Shown here one piece after another: positions 62,578 through 64,000 of a stretch of 64,000 nt of DNA (the stretch's first letter is position 1; every line of letters starts with the position of its first letter). The stretch covers positions 3,036 to 67,035 of the forward strand of contig CAYVQU010000007.1 of the NCBI GenBank assembly GCA_964453155.1, given 5' to 3'. Source of the DNA: an uncultured Anaerolineales bacterium (lineage in GTDB: Bacteria > Chloroflexota > Anaerolineae > Anaerolineales > UBA11858). The notes under the pieces were generated by a model, which did no database searches, was not told the origin of the DNA, and saw only the letters and a list, made by a program, of their open reading frames with translations. The position numbers were made by a program, and so were the translations under genes.

Positions 62578-64000
62578 TGGGAAGAATCCTCCCGGTTGGT
62601 TCCATTGTCGTGAGGACTGTCAATATCTAATGGGTCGAGGGTGATGTTGATTTGAGCGCGTTGGGCCCCTAATGCTTTACTCAGTTCTTCAGCCGTGGTT
62701 GCTAATACGCTCGGCATATCGATTGCATGACGAATCTTACTGGTGACTTCATATAACTGCCGGTCACGATTTGCTCGATCTTGGGCGGTTTCGATGAGTT
62801 TAGCATTCCGGATTGCAATGCCAACCTGGGCCGCCAGCGTGGTAAGGAGTTGTAAATCATCTTCATCAAACCGGTGTTCTTTTTCAGTATCCTGGACGAC
62901 AATGGCACCTAAAACGTCACCACCCACAATGAGGGGTACCCCTAACCAGGATTGGGCCCAGGTATCGCCGGTGACAATGGCGCCTAAAGCTCGGCTGCGG
63001 TTAACGGTATCTTCTACGATCATGAGGGGCTGTTGGCTGCGGATAATGATTGAAGTTAAACCCTGGCCCAAAGGGAACGGAGGGACAGTAATAATTTCAC
63101 CATCTTCGTCCATATATGGAATTTCAATCATGTCCACCACCGGATCGTAAGATGCAATCAAGAAACTGACATCTCCCATCACCTGGACAATTTGGTGATG
63201 AATAATTTCGTAGAGGTTCGCTAAACTGGTTTCGGCTGAAATGGATTGGCTGATTGTATTGATGGTTTGTAATTCGGCCAAACGTTGGGTGATCATTTCG
63301 AGTGCATTCACCTTTTCGAGGGCCGTAATGGTCATTTCAGTGAGACTGTTGAATGTCTCGAGAATAGCAGCGGTAAACGGCTCGGATTCAGCAGTACCCA
63401 AAATTAATAAAGCAGCTAACTTCTCGTCGACTCTAACTGGGAAAACAGCCGTAATCGGAAAATCTAAATGCGCTACGATGGCTTTCAAAGGATCAGGGAA
63501 ATTGGTGTTTGGACTGCTCTTTTGAATTAGTATCGGAACGACTGCCGGAATTTGGGTAACCCAAGTGTGATCTGGGGTCGGGATGATGAAACCATCTCCA
63601 TCGGTAGCTGAGCCTTCACGATCTAATACCAAAACACTTTTTAATTCTTTGGCTTCAGATAAAAAGATCGCGGCCGAATAGGGAACCAGCCGCATGGTTT
63701 CAGATAGAGCCTGAAAAACACTCTCAAAAGTTTCCGCTTCGGCAATCGTATGGCTGGCCCGATAAAGCAGGGAGGTCGCTTGAAGATCGGTTTGGGTTGT
63801 TTCGAGTATTTGAATGTTTTTGATGGCCGATGCAATTTGGTTCGCCAGGGTTTGCAAGGTGAAAATATCGTCCTCGCCGAAAGCATCCAGGTGTGAATTT
63901 TGAACGTCTAAGGCTCCTAAAATCTCGCCACCCAAACTTAATGGAATACCAACTTCAGATTTGGTTGCTGGCAAACTTTCGATCGGTAAGTAATAGGGGT
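62574..64000 (-). CDS. Multi-GAF paralogue (A-type, C-type and B-type GAF + conserved tail); N-terminus lies beyond the window edge
   Basis: The track starts this ORF at a TTG in the middle of a GAF domain (LPATKSEVGIPLSLGGEILGALDVQN). The frame stays open to position 64000 (..PYYLPIESLPATKSE), so the gene continues upstream. B-type GAF ...AQSWLGVPLIVGGDVLGAIVVQD.... Tail TAQDRANRDRQLYEVTSKIRHAIDMPSVLATTAEELSKAL. Confidence 0.8.
   Translation of the reverse strand, partial: PYYLPIESLPATKSEVGIPLSLGGEILGALDVQNSHLDAFGEDDIFTLQTLANQIASAIKNIQILETTQTDLQATSLLYRASHTIAEAETFESVFQALSETMRLVPYSAAIFLSEAKELKSVLVLDREGSATDGDGFIIPTPDHTWVTQIPAVVPILIQKSSPNTNFPDPLKAIVAHLDFPITAVFPVRVDEKLAALLILGTAESEPFTAAILETFNSLTEMTITALEKVNALEMITQRLAELQTINTISQSISAETSLANLYEIIHHQIVQVMGDVSFLIASYDPVVDMIEIPYMDEDGEIITVPPFPLGQGLTSIIIRSQQPLMIVEDTVNRSRALGAIVTGDTWAQSWLGVPLIVGGDVLGAIVVQDTEKEHRFDEDDLQLLTTLAAQVGIAIRNAKLIETAQDRANRDRQLYEVTSKIRHAIDMPSVLATTAEELSKALGAQRAQINITLDPLDIDSPHDNGTNREDSSQ

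Noticed and set aside
31241-64000. Periodic recurrence of similar sequence blocks, considered as a CRISPR array, DNA tandem repeat or assembly duplication
   Set aside because: The periodicity is at the protein level (GAF domains of ~170 aa) and the nucleotide sequence is divergent. There are no short identical direct repeats with unique spacers and no cas genes. The paralogues differ in their N-terminal architecture, so collapsed or duplicated assembly is unlikely.
40616-64000. Diversity-generating retroelement, phase-variation or shufflon mechanism acting on the paralogue family
   Set aside because: No reverse transcriptase, recombinase or invertase gene, template repeat or inverted-repeat cassette boundaries are visible anywhere in the window.

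Overview
The window is bacterial, gene-dense and shows no mobile-element genes, CRISPR, rRNA or tRNA. By protein style it may be Chloroflexota/Anaerolineae-like, but that is only a guess. It falls into three blocks. (1) 1-14.8 kb is a visibly AT-richer surface-glycan locus. A Wzy/WaaL-like membrane protein lies divergent from a 13-gene plus-strand operon encoding a flippase, about 7 glycosyltransferases, 3-4 SAM methyltransferases, a GT39-like membrane protein and an SDR epimerase/dehydratase. (2) 14.9-29.2 kb holds housekeeping and regulatory genes: a GbsR/MarR regulator with an NmrA-like SDR, two EamA transporters, an ald-CoA-transferase-pyk unit, argF, and a three-gene phosphorelay (4xGAF histidine kinase, REC-GAF-kinase hybrid, OmpR-type regulator). 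(3) 29.4-64.0 kb is entirely on the minus strand and is the unusual part. At least ten consecutive paralogous sensor proteins carry different input modules: 7TM, Cache, HAMP, a novel polytopic module, or an HTH-less LacI-type ligand-binding domain. All converge on the same C-terminal cassette of GAF, a Trp-containing linker, a half-GAF and a conserved 55-75 aa tail, and none has a recognisable enzymatic or DNA-binding output. Interspersed with them are a FIST protein, a small STAS-like protein and a decayed PhnD-like lipoprotein gene. The array runs without intergenic space into an orphan ParA-type ATPase and a 2872-aa PAS + ~13-14xGAF hybrid histidine kinase. Next comes a threonine-synthase-like PLP enzyme fused to a receiver domain. 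I propose this as a candidate undescribed multi-sensor signalling system. All domain calls come from motif recognition by eye, not from searches.
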